From positions 1 through 64,000 of the forward strand of contig CBDAFS010000031.1 in the NCBI GenBank assembly GCA_965195285.1: a DNA stretch of 64,000 nt. Reading direction: 5' to 3'. Origin of the DNA: an uncultured Aminicenantes bacterium (GTDB lineage Bacteria > Acidobacteriota > Aminicenantia > UBA2199). The translations under genes and the position numbers were made by a program. The notes beneath the pieces were generated by a model, which was not told the origin of the DNA, did not search any database, and worked only from the letters and a program-made list of their open reading frames with translations. Every line of letters begins with the position of its first letter. The first letter of the stretch is position 1. This document shows positions 9,760 through 20,200 of this stretch, one piece after another.

Positions 9760-9957
9760 AGGAAAGTTAATGGAAAATTTTTTTTTATTGGTTTTTATCC
9801 ATTTTACTTTTATTCTTTTTTTTTATAGATTTTGTTGGGATTTCGGTTTGGAAAACATGATACTTTTGGCTATAATTAGATGAATTCCCGAGAGTCTTTG
9901 CTGGTCGTATATTAATGGATTAATTGTGAGCAAGGCAAAAAATATTCAGGAGAAAAG

Positions 9958-11445
9958 ATGAACACAACCGGCCCAAGAATATGCTTATTGATTGTTTTCC
10001 TGTTCATTCGTTTTGGATTGGCCGGGGAAGAGATGAAATTGGTGTTACCCATCAGGGTTATTGATAAGATCCTTGAAACTGAAAAGGTGAATCCTCAAGA
10101 TTTCAAACTCTTTATAAACGGCTCTTCAAGAGAGATTATCGATGTGATAAAAAAGGTTCATAAAATTAAAGGTGGATCAAATCTGGGTCGAAATTTTGTG
10201 CTTTCTTTTTATATCAGCGAATATGACAACAAGATATTTGATCTGATTTCATATTTTGTCCACCATTTATTAAGCCCCAGAGACAGGTTGATCATTCTTT
10301 CCCCACTGAAGAGCTACCGTATAAAGGTCATTCCCAATAAAGTCAAATTGGTTATGGATATTGAAAATCGTCTAAAAACGGATTATGCATTTTTCAAAAA
10401 GAATGAGTTTGCCGCTGAGAAAAAATTGATAAATTCGATCAACAGACTCAAAACAGCCATGGCTGATCGATCCAGGAGTTCGGATTTCGAGGTACAGCGG
10501 TACAAGGCGATCAACATGTTTCTTTATGAATATCCCCATGAATTCCAAATATATCGTAATTTGTATTTGCTCCCTCGTGTCGGGAAGTATAACCAGATAT
10601 TAAAAACCTTGAAAAACCAGGATGGTGAGATATGGTGGATTCATTTTCATCAGCGGCAGACCGGCAACCTGATTCCCATCACCAAAAATATGGTCAATCA
10701 GATCAATAACTATTTCAGGGAATATGTGTCCACCTTCAGCCGTTTGATTTCACATCTCGAAGATCTCCTGAATATATCGGAAGCATTTCCAACAGACCCC
10801 CTTCTGAAGGATATGGTTGACAACAATGTCTGTTATAACACGGTTTATTTTGGAGGTCTGAAGAACATGCAGCCTGAAACCCTCTCCCGGGGATCATCGG
10901 GTTTGATAACATTATTGGGAGATATCTCCAGAAGCTGCGGAGGCAGGTCCATAATTAATATAAATCCAGATGATGGGCTGAAGGTAATTGAGAACCACCC
11001 GAATACCTACTATGAATTGACATATAACTTCAACGGTCTGGTCGAACCCAAAACAATTAAGATTCACTGGGAAAACAAAAAAAACTTGGTCTATAAAACC
11101 CATTTTGATATTGAAGAAATCGAACAATTGATTCAGTATCACCAACATGAAAAAATTAAAATTGAAGGTTTTTCAATAAAGGGCAGGAAAATCAGGTTTT
11201 GTATAAAAAATTTTGAAAGGGAAGCAAAGACCAAGGTGGGTATAATTAAGGTTGGTATTGATCTTCAGCATCAAAGTGGAATAAAGGTTTATGAAAACAC
11301 AAAGACGTTGCGAGCCTTAAAAGAAAAGATCTCTCTTTCCCTTAATTTACCGGATGAATATGAGGGTAATTTGAATCTCAAAATAACAGTCACGGATCTG
11401 ATTGCCAACCGGCAGGCGGATTTTGAGTATCAGATCCTTCTATAA
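9958..11445 (+). CDS. Exported hypothetical protein (possible degenerate VWA-like core, C-terminal beta-sandwich)
   Basis: 495-aa ORF, AGGAG RBS, hydrophobic N-terminal signal-like segment; 'ISRSCGG' and 'YYELTY' recall VWA-associated secreted proteins. Confidence 0.6.
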   Translation: MNTTGPRICLLIVFLFIRFGLAGEEMKLVLPIRVIDKILETEKVNPQDFKLFINGSSREIIDVIKKVHKIKGGSNLGRNFVLSFYISEYDNKIFDLISYFVHHLLSPRDRLIILSPLKSYRIKVIPNKVKLVMDIENRLKTDYAFFKKNEFAAEKKLINSINRLKTAMADRSRSSDFEVQRYKAINMFLYEYPHEFQIYRNLYLLPRVGKYNQILKTLKNQDGEIWWIHFHQRQTGNLIPITKNMVNQINNYFREYVSTFSRLISHLEDLLNISEAFPTDPLLKDMVDNNVCYNTVYFGGLKNMQPETLSRGSSGLITLLGDISRSCGGRSIININPDDGLKVIENHPNTYYELTYNFNGLVEPKTIKIHWENKKNLVYKTHFDIEEIEQLIQYHQHEKIKIEGFSIKGRKIRFCIKNFEREAKTKVGIIKVGIDLQHQSGIKVYENTKTLRALKEKISLSLNLPDEYEGNLNLKITVTDLIANRQADFEYQILL

Positions 11446-11496
11446 AAACAGGAATTGTTTTTCTATTTTTATTCGGAGTCAATGGGATAGGCTAAA

Positions 11497-12195
11497 TCAG
11501 CCAAAACCAGGGACATTGAATGCGGACTCTAACATTTTACTGGATCGTTTGTCTTCAGGATTAAGATCCAGGGCCTTTCGAAACATTTTGATGGATTTTG
11601 AAAATCGACCCGTCTTAAAATAAGCAACTCCCAGGTGATAGAGAACGGCCTCATCTTCGGCATTCATTTCAAGGACTTTTTCAAAGTGGGGAATGGCTTT
11701 GTCATATTTTTCGATGGAATTGTATATGGTTCCCAGATGGTAGTTGGCCACAATCGAGGTGTGGTGTTTTTTCAACAGTTTTTTAAATGAAGCAATGGAC
11801 TGGTGACTGTCCCCTTTGTGGTAACTGGCCAGTCCCAGCCAGTAATGGGCCATGTTGAAATCCGGGTCCAGTTCTATGCATTTTTTCAGACAGTCACTGG
11901 CTTTCTTAAACTGAATTTGATGGTAGTAGCATACACCCAGATTGTAATAGGCATCGGGAAAGTCGGGTTTCAGCTCTATGGCCCGGGCCAGATTCTCGAT
12001 GGACCCTTTTATATTGCCGATCTTGAACATCAGTTTACCGGTGATCCGGTATATATGGGGATTGGATTGATTCATATCCATGTATTTGTGGCATGCCTTG
12101 ATGGCTGCCATGATTTTTCCTTGAGAATTTAATTCATTGATGAGTTCTTCCAACTGGGACAGTACGGGATCTTTCTTCGAATTTTTTTTCTCCAT
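11497..12195 (-). CDS. Tetratricopeptide repeat protein
   Basis: Repeated AYYNLG/AHYWLG/ANYHLG/LYHLG...A..L.P helices. Confidence 0.85.
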   Translation of the reverse strand: MEKKNSKKDPVLSQLEELINELNSQGKIMAAIKACHKYMDMNQSNPHIYRITGKLMFKIGNIKGSIENLARAIELKPDFPDAYYNLGVCYYHQIQFKKASDCLKKCIELDPDFNMAHYWLGLASYHKGDSHQSIASFKKLLKKHHTSIVANYHLGTIYNSIEKYDKAIPHFEKVLEMNAEDEAVLYHLGVAYFKTGRFSKSIKMFRKALDLNPEDKRSSKMLESAFNVPGFG

Positions 12196-12255
12196 TTTTT
12201 TTCCTCGGGTGTTGGTTATTAACTAACATAGAGTGTGGTCAAAGTCAAATAACAC

Positions 12256-12284
12256 TTTACAAATGACTGTTTTTTTTTTAAAAT
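12256..12284 (+). promoter_or_regulatory. Putative sigma70 promoter for the permease
   Basis: TTTACA-17 nt-TAAAAT. Confidence 0.45.
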
Positions 12285-12359
12285 CTGAAATGATCTGTGA
12301 CAGAAATCTATATATCATTCTGTCTCGCATCAAATCCATTCAGATGAACACGGGACATC

Positions 12360-14729
12360 ATGAAATCCAATAACCATCAAAAAAAATCCATTGCTGAAAT
12401 TCCGACCCAGCTGAGCCGCGACCTCAGTCTGTTTCAGGTCACCATGATTGGAGTCGGTGCCATGATTGGAGCAGGTATTTTTGTGCTGACCGGGATTGCT
12501 GCCGGATATGCCGGACCGGCACTGATTCTGGTCTTTGCCCTGAATGGATTGGTTACTCTTTTGACTGCCTTATCCTATGCCGAGCTGGGTTCTTCCTTTC
12601 CCGAGGCCGGGGGGGGGTACCTGTGGGTGAAAGAGGGGCTGGGCGGATTGAACGGTTTTCAGGCCGGCTGGATGAGCTGGTTTGCCCATGCCATGGCCTG
12701 CAGTCTCTATATCCTGGGATTCGGTTACTATTTCTGGGAGGCGCTGCGATTTCTTCAGGTGGATACCCTGATAACCCCTGTGCTGGCTGCGGTTTTACCG
12801 GGAATGGAAAACCATTTTCTGATCGTACAGAAAATTCTGGCGGTTCTGGTGGCGTTGTTCTTTGGCTATATAAATTTCAGGGGAGCCTCGGAAACCGGAA
12901 AATGGGGAAGCCTGGTAACCATTCTCAAGGTGGTGATACTGGCCGGTTTTGCCCTGTCCGGTCTGCTGGTTATTTTAAGGAATCCGGACTGGATGGCCAA
13001 GTTCGAACCCTTTATGGGCAAGGGAGTTGTGGGAGTATTGGGGGCCATGGGGTTGACCTACATTGCTTTTGAGGGATATGAAATCATTGTCCAGAGCGGG
13101 GAGGAGATCAAGAATCCCAGTAAAAACATACCCAGGGCCATTTTTATTTCCCTGCTGATCGTGGTACCCGTCTATATTTTTGTGGGCTTCATTGCCCTGG
13201 GGGCGGTGGAGATACCTGAGGCGGTCCGGCAGGCCCATCCTGAAATCATTAAAATCTGGGATTACCTGGCCTTTGCCAAAGAAGGGGCCATGGTTGAGGC
13301 AGCCAAGCAGTTCATGCCCCTGGGATACCTGATGATGATACTGGGTGGATTGTTTGCCACCATGTCCGCCCTGAATGCCACCATCTATTCATCCTCCCGG
13401 GTTTCCTTTGCCATGGGCCGCGACAAAAACCTTCCCGATATCTTCGGTAAAATCCACCGGTTGAAGAGAACCCCCCATATGGCGGTTTTCCTGTCGGTTA
13501 TTTTGATTGTGCTGATGGCCCTGATCCTGCCCATCGAAGATGTGGCCGCAGCAGCGGATATCATGTTTATTTTACTGTTTGTCCAGGTGAACTGGACACT
13601 GATCGTTCTGCGGAAAAAGAAGTCCAAAATGAAGCGATATTTCCGGGTACCGCTGGTACCCCTGGTTCCCATCATTGCCATTGTGCTGCAGTTGATTTTG
13701 GGGTATTTCCTGTTTCACCTGAGCCCGGTGGCCTGGATTACGGCCATTGTCTGGCTGGTGATGGGCGTGTTGATCTATTACCTGTATTCCAGCGGCCGGG
13801 AAAAGGAGCGGGCCGAAGCCCAGGTTGTTTACGAGGAAAAGCTTCCGGTCAAAACCGGTTACCGTATCCTGGTTCCATTGGCTCACCCGGATCATGTGGA
13901 TGATTTGATCCAGATGGCGGCCTCCATTGCCAAATACCGGAACGGCGAAATCCTGGCCCTGGGAATTGTCCAGGTTCCGGAACAACTACCCGTGGCCGAA
14001 GGCCGACGTTTTATCGATGAATCCAAAGTGATGATGGAAAAGGCGGTAAAATCAGGCAAGCGTTACGGTGTGGTGGTCAACACTCTGCTGCGCATCGGCC
14101 ACAAGGTGACCCGGGCCATCACCGATACGGTCAAAGAGCGAGATGTCGATATGATGGTCATGGGCTGGAAGGGTTTCAGTAATACCCGGGGATCAGTATT
14201 CGGAGGGACCCTGGATGATGTGGTCATGAATGCCGAGTGTGATGTGATGATGATCAAAATGGTTCACCTGGAAAAGATGAAACGCATTCTGCTGCCCACC
14301 TCGGGAGGCCCCCATGCCGGTTTTGCCCTGGAAATTGCCCCGGCCATTGCCCAAACCTACGGAAGTTCCATTATGGTGAGTATGATTGTTCCGCCCGATA
14401 CCAGGCCGGAAGTCCAGGCTGTATACCAGCAGCGGGTGGATGACAACGTGGCTTACTTGAAGGATAAGGTTAAAAAGGTGGAGGGACAGCTGGTTAAGGC
14501 CCGGTCCATCAGTTCCGGAATTTTAAAACTGACCGAACGTTATGATGCCTGTATCATGGGAGCGGCCAGGGAAGGCCTGATGCAGCAGATGCTGTTTGGC
14601 AGTATTCCGAATAAGATCGGCCGAAAGGGCCGGCATACGGTGATCATGGTCAAAAAACACCAGGGAGCCCTGAAGAATATCCTCAGCCGGATTTTTCAAC
14701 GCTCTACCGAACGGGTAGGCAAACGTTAA
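12360..14729 (+). CDS. APC-family amino acid permease fused to two universal stress protein (USP) domains
   Basis: GAMIGAGIF, YAELGS.FP.AGGGY, AFEGYE, about 12 hydrophobic segments, then ILVP and ILLPTSGGPH USP repeats with FGS motif. Confidence 0.9.
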   Translation: MKSNNHQKKSIAEIPTQLSRDLSLFQVTMIGVGAMIGAGIFVLTGIAAGYAGPALILVFALNGLVTLLTALSYAELGSSFPEAGGGYLWVKEGLGGLNGFQAGWMSWFAHAMACSLYILGFGYYFWEALRFLQVDTLITPVLAAVLPGMENHFLIVQKILAVLVALFFGYINFRGASETGKWGSLVTILKVVILAGFALSGLLVILRNPDWMAKFEPFMGKGVVGVLGAMGLTYIAFEGYEIIVQSGEEIKNPSKNIPRAIFISLLIVVPVYIFVGFIALGAVEIPEAVRQAHPEIIKIWDYLAFAKEGAMVEAAKQFMPLGYLMMILGGLFATMSALNATIYSSSRVSFAMGRDKNLPDIFGKIHRLKRTPHMAVFLSVILIVLMALILPIEDVAAAADIMFILLFVQVNWTLIVLRKKKSKMKRYFRVPLVPLVPIIAIVLQLILGYFLFHLSPVAWITAIVWLVMGVLIYYLYSSGREKERAEAQVVYEEKLPVKTGYRILVPLAHPDHVDDLIQMAASIAKYRNGEILALGIVQVPEQLPVAEGRRFIDESKVMMEKAVKSGKRYGVVVNTLLRIGHKVTRAITDTVKERDVDMMVMGWKGFSNTRGSVFGGTLDDVVMNAECDVMMIKMVHLEKMKRILLPTSGGPHAGFALEIAPAIAQTYGSSIMVSMIVPPDTRPEVQAVYQQRVDDNVAYLKDKVKKVEGQLVKARSISSGILKLTERYDACIMGAAREGLMQQMLFGSIPNKIGRKGRHTVIMVKKHQGALKNILSRIFQRSTERVGKR

Positions 14730-14740
14730 ATCGCTTTTCC

Positions 14741-15313
14741 ATGAAGATCCTGCTGGTCAACAATGCCGAGAAGGGTATCGCTGATTACTGTATTCCCATT
14801 GAGCATATAATCCGGCATCAATTCGTTACCTTCAAACGGATAGAATATTCGGAAACACTGAGTGCCGATCTGTCGATTTACCACGGATTCATCCTGACCG
14901 GCTCGCCCTGCGGAAATGACATCGTGGAGCATCACCTGCCCTATTTCAAATGGATCAGGGAGATAGACAAGCCTGTACTGGGAATCTGTGCCGGTCACCA
15001 CATCATCGGGGCCCTGTTCGGTTCCCGGTTAATTCGGGATGTTGAAAGCGAATTGGGTGATTCAACTATTACGATTATCAAGCCAGACCCCATTTTCAAT
15101 GGACTGGAACAGGAAACGCTGGTTGCTCAGGCTCATCATGATGCCATCACCCTTGCGGACAATTTTGTTCTGTTGGCCGGTTCCGAAAGGTGTCCGGTCC
15201 AGGCCATGAAGCATGAAACCCGTCCTCTCTACTCCACCCAGTTCCACCCCGAAACCCGCAATCCCCGAATCATAAAAAACTTCCTGGATATAGTTATGAA
15301 ATTGGGGGAGTGA
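14741..15313 (+). CDS. Stand-alone class I glutamine amidotransferase (GMP synthase subunit A-like)
   Basis: ILTGSP, PVLGICAGH nucleophile Cys, QFHPE His-Glu. Confidence 0.85.
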   Translation: MKILLVNNAEKGIADYCIPIEHIIRHQFVTFKRIEYSETLSADLSIYHGFILTGSPCGNDIVEHHLPYFKWIREIDKPVLGICAGHHIIGALFGSRLIRDVESELGDSTITIIKPDPIFNGLEQETLVAQAHHDAITLADNFVLLAGSERCPVQAMKHETRPLYSTQFHPETRNPRIIKNFLDIVMKLGE

Positions 15314-15483
15314 AAATGCAAAAATGGTATGCGCCCCCCTTTATTGTCTCCAGTATGTTAACATATTGCTAACTTACTGGTTATTTGTCAAGATAAAAAT
15401 GTTGCAACGTAAAACCTCACCCTCCATAGTAAGGCTATACAAGGTTTTAAGGGTTTTCAAATTGAAAATTTGTGAAAATTATT

Positions 15484-15504
15484 TGGCACAAATCTGGCAC
15501 AGTT
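15484..15504 (+). repeat. Direct repeat copy 1 (TGGCACAAATCTGGCACAGTT), internal TGGCAC tandem
   Basis: 18/21 identical to 17051-17071. Confidence 0.7.
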
Positions 15505-15515
15505 AATATATATTA

Positions 15516-15544
15516 TTGACAATGTGCACGCCCTTAATTAAAAT
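15516..15544 (+). promoter_or_regulatory. Sigma70-type promoter for the SIR2-like gene
   Basis: TTGACA-17 nt-TAAAAT. Confidence 0.65.
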
Positions 15545-15648
15545 ACCAGTAGGGAATTATTAATTCTCCTTCATCAATTATTGCAATAGCTTCTTTAACT
15601 GAATATAAATTAATTGATTAATATTATTATTTCTTAAAGGAGAGATAT

Positions 15649-16668
15649 ATGGGAAACAGTGAACCAAAAAAGCGATTCATTACTTATCTACTCGGTGCAG
15701 GTGCAAGTGCTAATGCTCTTCCGGTTGTTAAAATAATTCCTGAAAGATTAAGTCAGTTTAGGGATGATGTCAAAAAATATTTGAATCCAAAAAAAGAAAT
15801 TATTACTCAACGTGATATCGATAAGAAGCCTCATCAAATAATAACAGATATAGATTGGCTTTTAGAACAAACAAAAAAACATATGAGTATTGATACATTT
15901 GCCAAGAAACTCTGGACACGAGGGAATCGTGAAGAATTAATGAAATTGAAAAAGCTATTGTCGTATTTTTTTATTTTTGAACAGGTGGATAAATTGGATA
16001 TGAGGTACGACAATTTCATTGCGTCTATCATTGATTCAACAAAAAAACCTTCGAATGATGTTCGGATTTTAAATTGGAATTATGATTATCAATTCGAAAA
16101 AGCTTATTCTGAGTATCAGGGGTATTCAGATTTGGATATCATTCAAGAGAAGTTAAACGTTGCTCCCTCTCCAAATAAAACCAATCCAGATTCAACTCAA
16201 GGGTTTTTAGATAAATTATGCCTTGTGAAATTGAATGGTACAACTTCGTTTAAGACTATGGAAGGTGAAATACTAAATCTCATCAAGGATTTAAAGAAAA
16301 GAAAGGATGAGATCGAATTTAAGAAAATATTTGAATCTCATTACAATACGCCTGATTCTCATTCCCTTGTCACTTTTGCTTGGGAAAAAAATCAATTACC
16401 AAGCCACCAAAAAGTTCAATTCATTTTAAATCATACTGTTGCAATGGTTATCATTGGATATTCCTTCCCTCAGTTTAATCGTGAGGTCGATAAACAAATT
16501 TTTAATCAGTTGCAAGGAACAGGAAAAAAGATTTATATTCAAGATTTAAATACAGATACAATTAAGGTAAAACTGAAAGGAGTTATGAAAACCAATGATT
16601 ATTGGGATATTATTCCAGTAAACATGACCGATCAGTTTTTTATCCCTTTTGAGTTAGAAATCAAATAA
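15649..16668 (+). CDS. SIR2-like (SIR2_2/AbiH-related) domain protein, candidate defence NADase
   Basis: YLLGAGAS N-terminal motif, ILNWNYD, VKLNG, VIIGYSF; AAGGAG RBS. Confidence 0.75.
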   Translation: MGNSEPKKRFITYLLGAGASANALPVVKIIPERLSQFRDDVKKYLNPKKEIITQRDIDKKPHQIITDIDWLLEQTKKHMSIDTFAKKLWTRGNREELMKLKKLLSYFFIFEQVDKLDMRYDNFIASIIDSTKKPSNDVRILNWNYDYQFEKAYSEYQGYSDLDIIQEKLNVAPSPNKTNPDSTQGFLDKLCLVKLNGTTSFKTMEGEILNLIKDLKKRKDEIEFKKIFESHYNTPDSHSLVTFAWEKNQLPSHQKVQFILNHTVAMVIIGYSFPQFNREVDKQIFNQLQGTGKKIYIQDLNTDTIKVKLKGVMKTNDYWDIIPVNMTDQFFIPFELEIK

Positions 16669-16686
16669 AAGAATTTAGTATCTCTT

Positions 16687-16956
16687 TTACAATTTAATAT
16701 CAACTTTGGATTCATCAAGATATAAATCATCGGGGCATTCCAAACGAGCATACCAGCTTTCGTTCGGATGTTCTGGAAGTTCTCCCCATGATGTCCTAGT
16801 CTCAACAGGTGTCCCTAATTTCGACCTTTTGGGTTCTTTAAGCTTACATCCATGAGCTTCATAAATTTCAACAGCTTTCCGAACTTTCTCCTCAATAGTT
16901 CCGCTTAGCCTTTTAACCAGGATTGAATCCAATCCTATTGTTTCATCACGACTCAT
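16687..16956 (-). CDS. Small hypothetical protein (89 aa)
   Basis: Strong AAGGAGG RBS before the ATG; convergent with the SIR2-like gene. Confidence 0.7.
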   Translation of the reverse strand: MSRDETIGLDSILVKRLSGTIEEKVRKAVEIYEAHGCKLKEPKRSKLGTPVETRTSWGELPEHPNESWYARLECPDDLYLDESKVDIKL

Positions 16957-17050
16957 TTTTCCTCCTTCTCTCCTGTTTTAAAATTTTATTTTATAGAATA
17001 TAACTAAATATTTCAACATATGGGACTGCGCATTGAATATTCGAAAAAAC

Positions 17051-17071
17051 TGGCATATATCTGGCACAATT
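17051..17071 (+). repeat. Direct repeat copy 2 (TGGCATATATCTGGCACAATT)
   Basis: 18/21 identical to 15484-15504. Confidence 0.7.
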
Positions 17072-17231
17072 TGAAAGGTGCAGCAGTGCAAAGTCTGACT
17101 CCAGTCTATTTTATTAAACGTCATAAGAAGATTTGATCCCTTTTTTTTTACCATTCATGATATTGAAACAAAAGGATTTCTTAATTATAATTGATTTGAA
17201 CGTAGTGAATGTTTACAAGGAGAGAAAAATA

Positions 17232-20200
17232 TTGAGTTGGCAAAAGATAATTCCATTTATTTTAATTTTGAATGTATTTCTTTTTTCTGAAGCCAGGAAT
17301 AATTTGGATGAAGAATTATTTGTTGCAGTAAAATCAGGGAGTCTTGAAGTTGTACAGTCTCTAATAGAAAAGGGAGCTGATGTGAATACCAAAGATGAAT
17401 GGAAGTTGACTCCCTTATTTTATGCTGTATGGAAAAATAAAACCGACATAATTTCATACTTGAAAAAGCATGGCGGGATTATATCTAATAAGTCAAAGTT
17501 GGAAAAAGTTTTTGAAGCCGAAAAGTATATAAAAGAAGCTGCATTATTGGAGCGAGATTCCAAAATTGAAAATTCTTTAAATGGTTATATAAAGGCCTTG
17601 AAAATCTATGAGAAAATATTTAATAACAATCATGAAGAAATTGCATTACTACTTTTTAAATGTGCAACTATATATTCAAAACTGAAAGACTATAACTCAG
17701 CTTTAAGCTATCACCATAAAGAAGTAAAAATTAATTTGGAATTATTTGGAGGAATGCATAAAAGTACTGCAATTAGTTATGGAAATATTGGATTTACATA
17801 TAGGAATTTAAATCAATTTCAAGAGGCGATTTTAAATTTTAATAATGCAATTGTAATTCTGGAAAAAATTGATGAAAGCAATAATCTATTGAATATGCTA
17901 TATAGGGCTATTGGTGATATTTATAAAATGATAAATAATGGCGAAAAGGCATTAAATTTTTATTCTAAAGCTTATATATCCCATATAATGTTATATGGAG
18001 AAAATAATGAAAGTGTTGCAGATATTTTACTTGAAATTGGGCTTGTAAATAAAAACAAAAACAATTTTAAAGAAGCGAATATTAATCTAATGAAAGCTCA
18101 TACTATTTATGAAGAGCTTTTGGGGAAATGGCATCCAAAAATAGCTATCGTTTGTGAACATCTTGGATATTTGAATGAATTTATGAAAAAATATAGTACT
18201 GCATTAGATTATTTCAATAAAAGTTTAGAAGTAAAGAAAAGAATATTGGGAGAGGATGACAAACTGATTGCTGAATCCTTTGAAAATATTGGAAGAATCT
18301 ACCAATATTTAGGCAAACCAAATGAAGCTTCTGATTTTTTGAAAAGAACATTAGATATGAAAATAAAATTGTATGGGAAAAATCATATTCAAGTCATATA
18401 TACATTAAATTCTCTGGGCCATTTAGCCAATTCTATTGGAAATCATGAAGAGGCGATAGAACATTTTCTTGAGGCATTAAATATACATAATAATATTTCT
18501 AGAGAAGATAAAACTCTTGTTGCTGGAATATACCGGAGTATAGGTGGTGTTTATAACAAGTTAAAGAAATTTGATCTTGCACTTAATTATTTAAATGATG
18601 CACTAGTTATTCAAAAAATGCATAGTATTAATAAACCATCTGAATTATCATTGACTTACCGTATAATAAAAGATGTATATGCACGCTTAGACCATAAGAA
18701 TAAGGATTTATTTTATCTGAAAAAAGAAGGACAGTTTTGCATGAAATATTTTGGGGAGAACAGTCTTCCTGTTTTTTGGATATATTATGGCATTGCAGTT
18801 TATTATTCTCAAATAGAGGATAATAGCAATGCATTAAAGTATTTAAATAAATCATTATATGTTCATGAAAAAATAAATCCAGAGTCAAATTGGGATACTG
18901 GAGATTTATATTTCTGGATTGGATTTAAAGAGTTCAATATTGATAAATATGATGATGCGATGAAGAATGTCAAGAGGGCATTGTTGATTTTTAATGGATT
19001 GAATAAGAGTAATAAAAATGAAATACAAATTGCTCAATGTTATGAGCTACTTGCTTTCATTTATCGTAGCTTAAATCAGAAAAAATTGGCACTTCAAATC
19101 TATAAGAATGCATATAAAATAAGGCAAAAGATTTATAAAAATGATGCTGAAAAGCTTGCACATGAGAATGTTCAAATGGGAAGTTTTTATGGTACATTGG
19201 GTGATATCAAATCTGCAAAAGAACACCACTTAAAGGCATTAAATCTTTTACTTAAAAATCATGATGAAGACAATATTGATGTTGCATATTGTTATGAATG
19301 GCTTGGCAGGGCTTTAATGGTGAAGCAAAATTTTAAAGAAGCCCTCGAATATATAACAAAGGCACAGAAAATTTATACAAAGATTTTTGGGGTGAATCAT
19401 ATAAAAATTGCAGAAATATATGGCGCATTTGGAACGATATACAGACATTCCAAAAAATATGAAAATGCTCTCAATGCTTATTTTAAAGCACTGGATATTT
19501 ATGAAAAAAATTCTTCAAGTAAAAAATATTCCATTGGAGGGATCTATTTAGCTATTGGATTTAGTTATGAATTAATAGGCAATCATAAAAAGGCAATTTC
19601 ATACTTAGAGAGATGTATTGAGATGTTTGAATCAATTGAGAATAAAATGAGTTTATCAAGAGCTAAATTCTATTTGGCAGGTGCTTATGCTTTTTCAGAA
19701 AACCATGAAAATGCTATTCGAGAATTAGAGGAATCAATTAATATTAAAGACAGAATAAGATTTGAAATTCAAGATCCTACTCATAAAGAATCATTTTATG
19801 AAGATTATTTAGATAATTATCGTTTACTAATAAGAATGCTAATGAAAAAAAAGAAATACAATAGGGCTTTTATAAAAGCAGAACAATCAAAGAGTGTTGT
19901 TTTTGCAGATATGATGGCCAAAAAAGGTGCAAGGGATAATTTCGCAAAAAAAGATTCTAGATTCCAAGATTTACTCAAGGAAGAATATGAGATCTTGAAT
20001 AAAATAAATAAATTAAAAAATTTATTGAAAACACAGACAGAGAAATCTGATTTAACAAAACGAATGTTAATTAACGCACAATCCCAGCTTTCTAACCTGC
20101 AAGATTTAATGTCAAAAAAATATCCAAGTTATTCAGAACTTTCTTATCCAAAGGAAATAACTGTTGAGGAAGCAAAATCATTTTTGAAGGATGATGAAAC

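Noticed and set aside
15324-15506. 60-aa ORF at the island's left edge
   Set aside because: No RBS or recognisable motif; it overlaps the repeat/end-like sequence.
17133-17231. ORF-track N-terminal extension of the CHAT protein
   Set aside because: The TTG at 17133 lies in the transposon-end-like motif without an RBS; TTG 17232 has AAGGAG and yields a signal peptide.
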